NCBI RefSeq assembly: GCF_006345805.1
Contig: NW_021826835.1
Span: 1-12,062 of the forward strand
Length of the DNA stretch: 12,062 nt
Direction: 5' to 3'
Origin: Octopus sinensis
Taxonomy: Eukaryota
Shown here one piece after another: positions 1-8,538 of this stretch (positions within the stretch are counted from its first letter, which is position 1; each line of letters starts with the position of its first letter). The notes under the pieces are model-generated. The model saw only the letters and a program-made list of their open reading frames with translations. It did not search any database and was not told the DNA's origin. The position numbers were made by a program, and so were the translations under genes.

Positions 1-820
1 GTTTGTTAAGAAGACAGTGCTTCGCACGCATTCCTAGCGAATCATCGGACACCTATGTTTCGACCTGATTTGATCCCCTCAGTAACGATTATATCAGATA
101 TTCTGAACTAAGCCGATACATTCTTGTTTCCATAAACAAAATATTTGTTGGTTTGTGCAAAAGCTGTCTAGGCTAAAATCGAATTAAATACATTCTTGAA
201 GCAGCATGAAAATAACATAATATTTAGTATATATAAACAAACATACAACTGTACTAACTTTAATATTTTGTTTCAAAGTATCTTCTCAAGGAGATCTTTG
301 TACTAAAAACACAGTTTTGCTCAGCACGCCAGTCGATCGCCAAAGACTATGTATTCGATTTGATTTGACGCCTGCATTTGCAGAAAAAAAAAACCCCGGA
401 CATTCGGAAGTAATCCGAATTATACTTGTTTGGAAATATAAATCGGGTAAACAAAATATTTATTGATGTGCACGAAAGCAAGCCGTACCAACTGATGGTT
501 TTTTTTTCATACGAATAACAAATCACATTTAATAGCATTCTGTATTCTCAAACTACGTATTTATATGCACATTAAAAACAAAAACAAATATACCCAAAAA
601 AGCAGAAAAAGACTAACAAAATGAAAAGAAACATTTAAAATATCGTTTAAAATATCGAATTGAGGTGGAAGATTCCTGTGAAGTTGTCGTGATGTATTGA
701 TTTCTTTTTCGGTTTCAGTTTTTTTCTTTCTGTTTTTCTATTATTTGTAGCCGCCTGCCAAGTGCTTGATTTATATATGCTATAAAGTGCAGTAATGATT
801 TTAACAGTACCGAAAGAATT

Positions 821-1060
821 AGGTTGGTGAAGGGATAGAATTGTTACAGCACTCGCAGTGTTGCTTTTCTTTCTTTCTTTCCTTTTTTTTTTCTTTATTC
901 AGTCTTTTTAACTTTATGAGTTCAGATATTACGGAGGTCAAATTTGCTTTTCCTCAAACTCTCAGGGTCGATAAATAAAGTACCAGTCAAGTTCTGTTGT
1001 TAGGATATAACTAACTTCCTACTCTCACGTGTGTGAATTAGTGCCTACGTTAGAAGCAAT
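821..1060 (+). mobile_element. Diverged tRNA-derived CORE-type SINE (Octopus OR-like), interrupted by a pyrimidine expansion
   Basis: 915-990 (gagttcagatattacggaggtcaaatttgctttt...gggtcgataaataaagtaccag) matches the body of the copies at 1212, 1533, 1732 and 6869. A degenerate head lies at 821-860 and a (TTA)n tail follows. Family name is from recall, not a search. Confidence 0.7.
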
Positions 1061-1080
1061 TATTATTATTATTATTATGA

Positions 1081-1138
<58 letters not shown>

Positions 1139-1209
1139 TATCTTATTATTATTATTATATTTTATTATTATTTATTATTATTATTATTATTATATTGTTA
1201 TTATTATTA
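1060..1209. repeat. (TTA)n microsatellite
   Basis: Directly visible, slightly imperfect; source of the poly-Y/I/L ORF 1029-1238. Confidence 0.97.
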
Positions 1210-1211
1210 GT

Positions 1212-1428
1212 AAGGCGTCAAGCTGGCCGAATCGTTAGCGTGCCGGGCAAAATGCTTAGCGGTGTTTCGTTCGTCTTCAAGTTCTCTGAGTCGTCAAGTT
1301 CTCTCAATTCCTCGATTTCATACTTTCATCCTTTCGGGATCGATAAATTAAGCACCATTTACGCACTGGGGTTGATGTAATCGAGTTAATCCCCTCCCAC
1401 AATCTACCCTTGCGGAAAAACTTTGAAA
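1212..1428 (+). mobile_element. tRNA-derived CORE-type SINE, near full length
   Basis: Head aaggcgtcaagctggccgaatcgttagcgtgccgggcaaaatgcttagcgg; core ctttcatcctttcgggatcgataaattaagcacca; tail ggggttgatgtaatcga...cccctccc. Contains an internal duplication of tcaagttctct. Confidence 0.85.
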
Positions 1429-1498
1429 TTATTATTGTCATTATTATTATTATTATTATCATCAATCATCATCATCATTATCATTATTATTATTATTA

Positions 1499-1532
<34 letters not shown>
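1429..1532. repeat. (TTA)n/(TCA)n compound microsatellite
   Basis: Directly visible. Confidence 0.95.
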
Positions 1533-1533
<1 letters not shown>

Positions 1534-1728
1534 GGCATATGCTGGACAATATCCTTAGCAGCATATTGTTCATTTTTATGTTCTGAGTTCAAATTCCACT
1601 GAGGTCGACTTTGCATTTTATCCTTTCACGGTCGATGAAATACGTTCCACTCAAGTACTGGGGTCGACGAAATGGACTAACTTTGTCCCCAAATTTCAGA
1701 CCTTCTTCGTGTTGTAGGGAGAGTTATT
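1533..1728 (+). mobile_element. tRNA-derived CORE-type SINE, diverged head
   Basis: tatgttctgagttcaaattccactgaggtcgactttgcattttatcctttcacggtcgatgaaata...gtactggggtcga is nearly colinear with the copy at 6869-7072. Confidence 0.85.
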
Positions 1729-1731
1729 CTC

Positions 1732-1852
1732 AAGGTGCTCAGCTGGCCGTATCGTTAGCGCGTCGTACAAAAATGCTTAGCGGTATCTCTTCCAGTTCTT
1801 TATGTTCTGAGTTCAGATTCGGCCGAGATCAACTTCGCCTTCCATCTTTTCA
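1732..1852 (+). mobile_element. tRNA-derived CORE-type SINE, 3'-truncated
   Basis: Head aaggtgctcagctggccgtatcgttagcgcg...aaatgcttagcggtat, B-box-like gagttcagattc, then gagatcaacttcgccttccatctttt; similarity ends at about 1852. Confidence 0.85.
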
Positions 1853-1894
1853 TACTGCAATTTATTAATTACGTTTTTTCTCGTCTATTTTCAG

Positions 1895-1952
1895 GAATTG
1901 TTGCCTCTTACAGAGCAAGGTGACTTTGGTTCAACCTGTGATGCCTCATTCG
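1895..1952 (+). CDS. Candidate internal exon A (58 nt); coding status unproven
   Basis: Branch-like TTAAT at 1865-1869, pyrimidine tract and acceptor ttttttctcgtctattttcag|, and a perfect donor CG|gtaagt at 1953. Two frames are open (ELLPLTEQGDFGSTCDASF+G, or NCCLLQSKVTLVQPVMPHS). No protein family recognised. Confidence 0.45.
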
Positions 1953-2009
1953 GTAAGTTCACAACCTGTTGCACCGCAACATTTTAATCATTATTAAACC
2001 ATATTTAAT

Positions 2010-2040
<31 letters not shown>
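2010..2040. repeat. (CT)n(TA)n microsatellite
   Basis: Directly visible. Confidence 0.95.
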
Positions 2041-2259
2041 GTATGTATATTGGTTATCCATATATTATTTTTACAATTTGAAAAATTCAGAAAGAAACAA
2101 AGATAAGGACAAATCTGCAGCGGTTATTGGAAAATATCGACCAGTGGTTTCCAACAATTTTACAGTGGATCCCAACATTGGTCCAGAACCTTTTTATTTC
2201 AATGATTTTTTACATATACACCTTTTATGCTTATACTTATGTAACACACACACACACAT

Positions 2260-2405
2260 ATGGACCGAAACTGTAGTGATGATTGGAAGCTTGACTGATG
2301 ACTAGAAAGCCACGAATGTTCCGTCCTGGTTTTCCTGTCTGTGTTTGTTTTGTATCGTCTACCTCTCCGTATGTTTTCATTGCCGACAGTTACGTTCTTG
2401 TACCG

Positions 2406-2406
<1 letters not shown>
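2260..2406 (+). mobile_element. Short (TA)n-abutting element, putative Penelope-like 3' remnant
   Basis: CTGATGA at 2295-2301, a T-rich body, and a 3' end gacagttacgttcttgtacc+(TA)n resembling gatggtgacgtcctgtaccc+(TA)n at 6249-6269. Confidence 0.4.
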
Positions 2407-2449
<43 letters not shown>

Positions 2450-2604
2450 TTTTGTCTCCCTTGTCACCTTACTAAAATAGTGCTTTTGTGGTTAATGAGT
2501 GGTTTTGAGTCTTATTTCTAGCAATGTTAGTCCAACTTTGGAGCTCTGTCACTCTAGTTACGTCTATAAATATATACATACATATATATATATATATAGA
2601 TATT

Positions 2605-2636
<32 letters not shown>

Positions 2637-2711
2637 TATATATATATGTTTATATATATATATATAATATACATACCACCCACACACTTACACACATACA
2701 CACACACACAA
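2407..2711. repeat. (TA)n, TA-rich and (CA)n microsatellites with a ~115-bp non-repetitive spacer (2448-2564)
   Basis: Directly visible. Confidence 0.9.
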
Positions 2712-2854
2712 ACCATTGTGAATTAATATCAATTACAAAGAAATGGAGCTTATAGTATTTTCCTAACGCTTTAACGGAATTCCGATATACATACATACAT
2801 ACACAATCACGCGCTCACGCATGTGTACAAAATATGTGAGTAAAGAAAGAGTGC

Positions 2855-2948
2855 ATGTATGTGTGTGTTTGCGTATGATTGTGTATGTCTGTATGTCTGT
2901 GTGTGTGTATGTGTGTGTGTGTGTGCGTGTGTGTGCGTGTGTGTGTGT
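2855..2948. repeat. (TG)n-rich microsatellite
   Basis: Directly visible. Confidence 0.93.
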
Positions 2949-2949
2949 A

Positions 2950-3770
2950 AGGGATGAGGATTTGAAAATGTAGAGGTCTTTTAAAGATTTTTATTGACTT
3001 GACTGGCTTCACTTATTTTTTAAATGATTTTCTAAAGTAAAGCGTAAGGCTTTCTGTAGCCTTTGTGGTGTTAAAAATTACTTAACATAGATGTATTAAA
3101 ATACAGTGATGCAGTCTTTGACAGTGATAAGAAAATGTTAAGAAAAAGAAACTTTGACAATGATAAGAAAATGTTAAGAGAGGCTTTGTGTTTAAACAGT
3201 TTACATAAAAGTGCTCAAAATAGGCAATAAAATAAGTTCATTATTGTTTATAAGTTCATCAGAAGTCATAATTGTTTAGACGCATATATGCAAAAAGAAT
3301 TTGTAAAGAGTATTTGATAGGAGAAACCGTGTATTGCTTTGTCAAAAGTTCATCAGAAATCATAATTGTTTCAAGAGGAACGACCAACCATTTTTTCTTC
3401 ATCTGCAGCCTTGTATACAAAAGACTTGCCTTTGACAAAGCAACATACGCGTGCTCTTATCAAATATTCTATACAAATTCTTTCTGTATATATGCTTATA
3501 AGTAATTAAGATGTCTGATGAACTTATAAGCAGAAATGAACTCTTTTTATTGTCTATTTTGAACACAAAAGCGTCTCGTAACATTTTCTTGTCATTGTCA
3601 GAGATTCTATTTCTTAACATTTCCTTATCACTAGACATGTATGTTAACTAATTTTTAACACCGCAAAGACTACACAAAGCTTTGCAATTCACTTTCGAAA
3701 ATCTTTTTCGAAACCGGTGAAGTTAATAAACATCTTTAAATGACCTCTGCATTTTCAAATTTTCTTCCCT
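2950..3770. mobile_element. Foldback / MITE-like element with long imperfect inverted arms (2950-3346 and 3431-3770; 84-bp spacer)
   Basis: Manual alignment of the left arm with the reverse complement of the right arm: outermost 50 nt 43/50 identical, innermost 50 nt 42/50, colinear throughout with three segments (~10, ~26, ~24 nt) present only in the left arm. TA lies at or next to both ends. No coding capacity. Confidence 0.85.
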
Positions 3771-3889
3771 ATATATTTTCACTTGTGCGGTACCTTCAGA
3801 TTTTACCTTGTAAATATATATATATATATATATGAAACGGGAAAGTGTACGTGAGAAAGGTAAAAATTAACCCTTGGATATTACTGTTT

Positions 3890-4093
3890 CGTGTTCTAGC
3901 TGATTTCCATGGGGTCTCATTGACTGAGATCACAATATTTACTCTGAACCCGGCGCCAGTACATGTGGGGGTTAATCATTTATAGCTCAGCAACGTAAAA
4001 TGAAGGGTTTTGCTCAAGAACAGTACGCACTGCTCGTTGCGAAATCTTGAGATCATGAACGCAACAAACTAACTACGAGTCAATGTGCCTTCA
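3890..4093 (-). mobile_element. Diverged tRNA-derived SINE of a second family (V-domain-like centre)
   Basis: The minus strand reads tgaaggcacattgactcgtagttag...tcatgatctcaagatt...ctgttcttgagcaaaacccttcattttacgttgct...aatgattaacccccacatgtactggcg: a degenerate tRNA-like head plus a body I recognise from octopus SINEs. The V-domain assignment is an inference. Confidence 0.65.
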
Positions 4094-4094
4094 T

Positions 4095-4288
4095 GTGTGA
4101 GAGAGAGGGAGCATGCGTAAAAGAGAGAGAGAGAGAGAGTGTGTGTTGTGTGTGTGTGTGGATGAGATAAATAGACAGACAGAGAGAGAAAGTAAGAGAG
4201 GAACCAGGACGAAACTAACCAGGACGAAACTAACTGCAAGGCAACATACATTTACAGCGTGTGTGAAAGAAAGAGAGGGGGAATGAGT

Positions 4289-4366
<78 letters not shown>

Positions 4367-4495
4367 CAGACATATAGACCGATAGACAGATAGATAGACA
4401 GAGAGACAGATAGACAGATAGATAGACAAACAGTTAGACAGACAGACAGATATATAGACAGATAGATAGATAGATATACAGACAGATAGACAGAC

Positions 4496-4573
<78 letters not shown>

Positions 4574-4640
4574 GAAATGATAGATAGGGGGAGAGATGGA
4601 GAGAGAGAGTGAGAGAGAGAGAGACAGACTGACAGACATA
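4095..4640. repeat. Compound (GA)n/(GT)n then (GATA)n/(GACA)n microsatellite block
   Basis: Directly visible; the main (GATA/GACA) array is 4289-4572. Source of the 198-aa 'IYLS' ORF. Confidence 0.96.
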
Positions 4641-5106
4641 GAGCAGAAGACAGGAGTCTGAAGAAAAATATGTTGTCGAAATTTCACTGAACTAACTGAA
4701 AGTTATTTAATATATCGCAGATGATGGTGCAATTTACTTAAATTCTCGGCGACACCTCATTATGCGGCAACAGGTTCGCGTAAACAAGTTCTGTCTTCGC
4801 TAAGCAGCGCATTAACGAACGGACTCTAAGCGCCCACAGACTTCGCGGCTCTAATTTAAACCAAAGATTTCAACCACAATCTTTTCATAGCAGCATTTTC
4901 TTCGTTTCCACAAATGCGGAGTAATTAATTCGTTATTTCTGGAAAATAGTTTAAGCTCAAGTTGTAACGTTTTGAGATTTTCTTGGGAAAATTCTCGGCC
5001 TCTAATTATTTATTATTTCTAATCAGCTTCATTAAATAAGTTTTAAACCAACTTGCCTTTCTATCAATCCGTCCATCCATCTATTCATATCTCTCTCCTT
5101 CTTTTC

Positions 5107-5316
<210 letters not shown>

Positions 5317-5404
5317 GTGTAATAAATAAAATATATGCATACATACAAACATATATGTACGTACCTACATCTACATGTATATATACATGCATATATAAAT
5401 ATAT

Positions 5405-5915
5405 ATACGTGAGTACAGGACACCACAACTAGACGTAGAACTTAACGAGAAACGAAAACGGAAAAACCATTTTTTTACAACAGAAAAACAGAGTACAGGA
5501 CATACTACACAAGGAAAAATCCCCTTCATCAGCTGTCACTAGTTCGACTCTAGCGTGTTTGGAAGGCAAGACAGGACACGACTCGTCAAACTAGTCCTTC
5601 CTGCGAGATAATTAAAATAAAATTACCTCGCAGAGGGGTAAAAACAAGCAAGAAAAAAATGTAACACAGACAGGGCGTAAAAACGATACAATTAAAACTG
5701 CAAAATAAAATACAAGATAAAAATACATGTACAAGAAAATACAATACGAGAAATATAAAGAAAATACAATATGAGAAATCAAAATAAACAAGATAAACAA
5801 GAAAACAAACGGAAAGGCCTTTTTTTCTGGCTAAGACGGAGGAGGTTCTAGCAGCGCATGAGAACACAAAAGTGTGTCTTTGCAGTTTGAAAACCGCGTG
5901 GAAAAGGAAGTTGTT
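5405..5915 (-). mobile_element. (TA)n-abutting interspersed repeat, putative Penelope-like non-autonomous remnant
   Basis: The minus strand has CTGATGAAGGGG (5523-5534), a T-rich body and a 3' end gtcctgtactc+(TA)n shared with 6258-6269. A 12-bp direct repeat gagtacaggaca lies at 5411 and 5491. Confidence 0.5.
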
Positions 5916-5928
5916 TTATATATATATA

Positions 5929-6118
5929 GGGAGAGTTTACGAAAAAAAACAAAAGACGAAGACAGGTGGTGTACAGAACAAACAGATGTATTAGTATAAC
6001 GCTCAAGAATAGAAAAAGGCTTTTACGTTTCGAGCTTACGCTCTTCCGCAGAAAGGGACACAGAAAAAAAACAAGGAGATAACAATGTGTGTAGTGGCTA
6101 ACGATCGATCATGGAGAC
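5929..6118 (-). mobile_element. Short (TA)n-flanked element carrying a minimal hammerhead motif
   Basis: Bounded by (TA)n on both sides; colinear similarity with 7425-7613 around gaacaa...acgctca...acgtttcg...gctcttc..cagaaa. Confidence 0.6.
6020..6055 (-). ncRNA. Minimal type-I hammerhead ribozyme-like motif (A6->C variant)
   Basis: Minus strand: CUUU-CUGCGGA-A-GAGC[GUAA]GCUC-GAAAC-GUA-AAAG. Stem I CUUU/AAAG perfect, stem II perfect with a GNRA loop, GAAAC core, palindromic ACGU stem III, GUA cleavage triplet. Confidence 0.6.
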
Positions 6119-6133
6119 TATATATATATGTAC

Positions 6134-6269
6134 GTATTTTGTCGTTCAATGGTAGGGTCTTCTTTGTGTTATTTGTTCTGTTTTTGATTTGTTTCTCTTG
6201 TTGTCTGCGTATTGAACTCATCTGTTTTCTTATTACATGTTGTTTACTGATGGTGACGTCCTGTACCCA
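6134..6269 (+). mobile_element. Short (TA)n-flanked element, 3' portion of the same superfamily
   Basis: T-rich body ending in gacgtcctgtaccc+(TA)n, the reverse complement of the gtacaggac motif at 5413-5421. Confidence 0.45.
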
Positions 6270-6419
6270 TATATCCATATGTATGTCTATATATATATAT
6301 ATATTATATATATATACGTTTTCAAATAGCCAGACAACCGGAGAGATGTCGTGGATTCCCACTTCGGCATCTGAAACTCAGATTTATATCTTGACTATCG
6401 AGTAATGTAACATATTATT

Positions 6420-6420
<1 letters not shown>

Positions 6421-6466
<46 letters not shown>

Positions 6467-6637
6467 ATATATATATATAGATATATATATATATGCTATA
6501 TATGCTTATATAATATATTTATATTATTATGTACCTAACCTAGCTAACTCCTCTCGCTAGCCATCTATCTCTCTATCTATCTATCTATGTCGTCTTCTTC
6601 CTTCTTCTTATTATTATTCTTATTATTATTATTATTA

Positions 6638-6671
<34 letters not shown>
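6421..6671. repeat. (TA)n-rich, (CTAT)n and (TTA)n microsatellites
   Basis: Directly visible: TA-rich 6421-6520, (TTA)n 6607-6671. Confidence 0.9.
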
Positions 6672-6867
<196 letters not shown>

Positions 6868-6868
6868 T

Positions 6869-7072
6869 AGACGGAGAGCTGGCTGTATCGCCGGCACGCC
6901 GGACGAAATACTTCGTCCGTCTTTACGTTCTGGGTTCAAATTCCGCTGAGGTCGACTTTGCTTTCATCTTTCCAGGGTCGATGAAATAAGTACCAGTTAC
7001 GCATTAGGGTTAATGTAATCGACTTTCCCTCTCTCCACAAATTCCCGGTCTTGTGCTTGTAGTAGAAACTAT
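6869..7072 (+). mobile_element. tRNA-derived CORE-type SINE with a short deletion in the head
   Basis: agacggagagctggctgtatcgccggcacgccggacgaaat...ttctgggttcaaattccgctgaggtcgactttgctttcatctttccagggtcgatgaaataagtaccagtt; homologous to the copies at 1212-1852. Confidence 0.88.
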
Positions 7073-7424
7073 TACAATATTAGATAATAACTTTTGGTTA
7101 CGTGAGAACATTTTTATAAACAAAACTAGATGTGAGTGAGTTAGCGTTTAACAGAATATAAAGCAAATATCAAACATAGTATAGCACACTTTATTTTCCG
7201 AAAAAATATTTATATACACGAGTGTTTGTTGTTTGTGGTTATGTATTGTATATGAAAATAGATAATTAAAAAACCACACGGGTAACTTTAGTAAATCAGA
7301 TAATACTGAACAACAGATAGCAATAACCACAAACATAACAGTGTTAGAAACACGTTATACCCACTTGTAAAGACATGTGTATGTATATATTATATACTTA
7401 TGCGTGTGCATTTATATATATATA

Positions 7425-7613
7425 CTTAATCCAAACATGAAAACACAAAGAGAAAACACAACGCGAGGACGTGGAACAAGTATAGTGTTATTGGACGCTC
7501 AGGAAAGGAAATAAAGAAGGAGGATTTAACGTTTCGGGCGGAGCTCTTCGTCAGAAACATAGGAAAAGGAAAGATCCAAAGAAGGGAAGACAGAGGGAAA
7601 AATCGCCAACAGT
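7425..7613 (-). mobile_element. Short microsatellite-flanked element carrying a minimal hammerhead motif
   Basis: (TA)n on one side and (CA)/(TA) on the other; T-rich 3' body on the minus strand; homologous to 5929-6118. Confidence 0.6.
7524..7558 (-). ncRNA. Minimal type-I hammerhead ribozyme-like motif (intact core, stem II mismatch)
   Basis: Minus strand: GUUU-CUGACGA-A-GAGC[UCC]GCCC-GAAAC-GUU-AAAU. CUGANGA and GAAAC cores are intact, stem I has 3 Watson-Crick pairs plus G.U, and stem II has one A.C mismatch. Confidence 0.6.
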
Positions 7614-7649
7614 ACACACACATATATATATGCACACACACACATGGAG

Positions 7650-7694
<45 letters not shown>

Positions 7695-7740
7695 CACACA
7701 CAGATACATACATACATGTGTGTGCGTGTGTGTATGTGTG
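7614..7740. repeat. Compound (CA)/(GATA)/(GACA)/(CATA)/(TG) microsatellite
   Basis: Directly visible. Confidence 0.92.
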
Positions 7741-7906
7741 TACGACAGGCTTCTTTCAGTTATCGTCTACGAAATCCGCTGAGAAGGCTTTGGTCGATCC
7801 GAGGCTATAATAGAAGACACTTGCCGAAGGTGCCACGCAGTGGGACTGAACCTGGAGCCATATGGTCGGAAAACAACCTTACCACCACACATCCACACCT
7901 GCGCCT
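7741..7906 (-). mobile_element. tRNA-derived SINE (third family), 5' module
   Basis: Minus strand: aggcgcaggtgtggatgtgtggtggtaagg...ggttcagtcccactgcgtggcaccttcggcaagtgtcttctattatagcctcgg...gaaagaagcctgtcgta, with A/B-box-like motifs; homologous to 8539-8693. Confidence 0.85.
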
Positions 7907-7924
7907 GTGTGCATACATTAGAAA

Positions 7925-8075
7925 CCATAGATCCGACGCGTGAGAAAGTGTAGCAGTTCTCCCATCAAATCACACCCTTCTATTTCACAAAAGAAAGGAC
8001 ACATTGATGAATGGATTCACAGATTTACCACGCCTAAAAACGACGTGATGGTCACAACAGGAATGCCTCTGATCG
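7925..8075 (+). mobile_element. Probable SINE 3'-tail fragment
   Basis: cccatcaaatcacaccct...aaggacacattg...gatggtcac...ggaatgcct.tgatc resembles an octopus repeat tail as I recall it; there is no second copy in the window to confirm. Confidence 0.45.
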
Positions 8076-8110
8076 TAACTGAGTTTGTCTTTTTTCCTCT
8101 TTTTGTTTAG

Positions 8111-8188
8111 ACAAGCAAGTCCCATTTATATACTATCCATTAAACCATACTACATCTTTCCCACAAAATGGCCTACACTTGTGTGAAG
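8111..8188 (+). CDS. Candidate exon B (78 nt); coding status unproven
   Basis: Strong acceptor tttgtcttttttcctctttttgtttag| and donor GAAG|gttagc. The only fully open frame is phase 1-1 (xAC KQVPFIYYPLNHTTSFPQNGLHLCE G), compatible with exon A. Alternatively it contains caaaATGG at 8168 after an in-frame stop (MAYTCVK). Confidence 0.38.
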
Positions 8189-8538
8189 GTTAGCATAAAC
8201 GTTATCAATAATTACTTAAGCTTAAGGAATAATCTACGTGGTCTTTACGCCAGTTTGATGTATACAGATTCGGTATTGTTTATACAATCTCTTCTTCACG
8301 AAAAAATTCTTGTGAAATAGTAGACTGCTGTCTATGCTAACCACTGTTAAACCTCGTCATTGCTTACATAAGAACGGGAAAACAATTAGATAAAGTACAG
8401 CGATAAATTTTAAGCATTTTAAAATACACTTTTTGGCTCGTTAGGAGCACACACAAAGAATGCCAAATATATATGTACACTCACTGCAGGGTTATGTGCG
8501 AGCGTGTTGGTATGTGTGTTGTTAGAAGCAGAAACTGC

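Noticed and set aside
751-822. Strong acceptor at 749-750 as an upstream coding exon
   Set aside because: No good donor; all frames stop by 795, and the only open option (751-791) puts exon A in a frame that stops in exon B. It could still be non-coding.
1212-1300. SINE heads as functional tRNA genes
   Set aside because: A/B-box-like motifs are present but no cloverleaf; each continues into SINE body.
2141-2180. cagtggtttccaaca / cagtggatcccaaca, resembling hAT-Charlie termini
   Set aside because: Only a 15-bp tandem near-repeat; no matching inverted end or 8-bp TSD found.
3390-3408. Acceptor-like ttttttcttcatctgcag in the foldback spacer
   Set aside because: No convincing downstream donor.
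3272-3638. ORFs 3272-3505(+) and 3399-3638(-) as transposase remnants
   Set aside because: They lie in the inverted arms, mirror each other, and show no DDE or HTH-like motif.
4091-4687. 198-aa 'IYLS' repeat ORF
   Set aside because: Translation of (TATC)n, which has no stop in that frame.
5523-5570. Type-II hammerhead reading (ccttcc-AAAC...GTC...CTGATGA-A-GGGG, minus strand)
   Set aside because: G12 is missing and stem I cannot pair; kept only as a half-motif.
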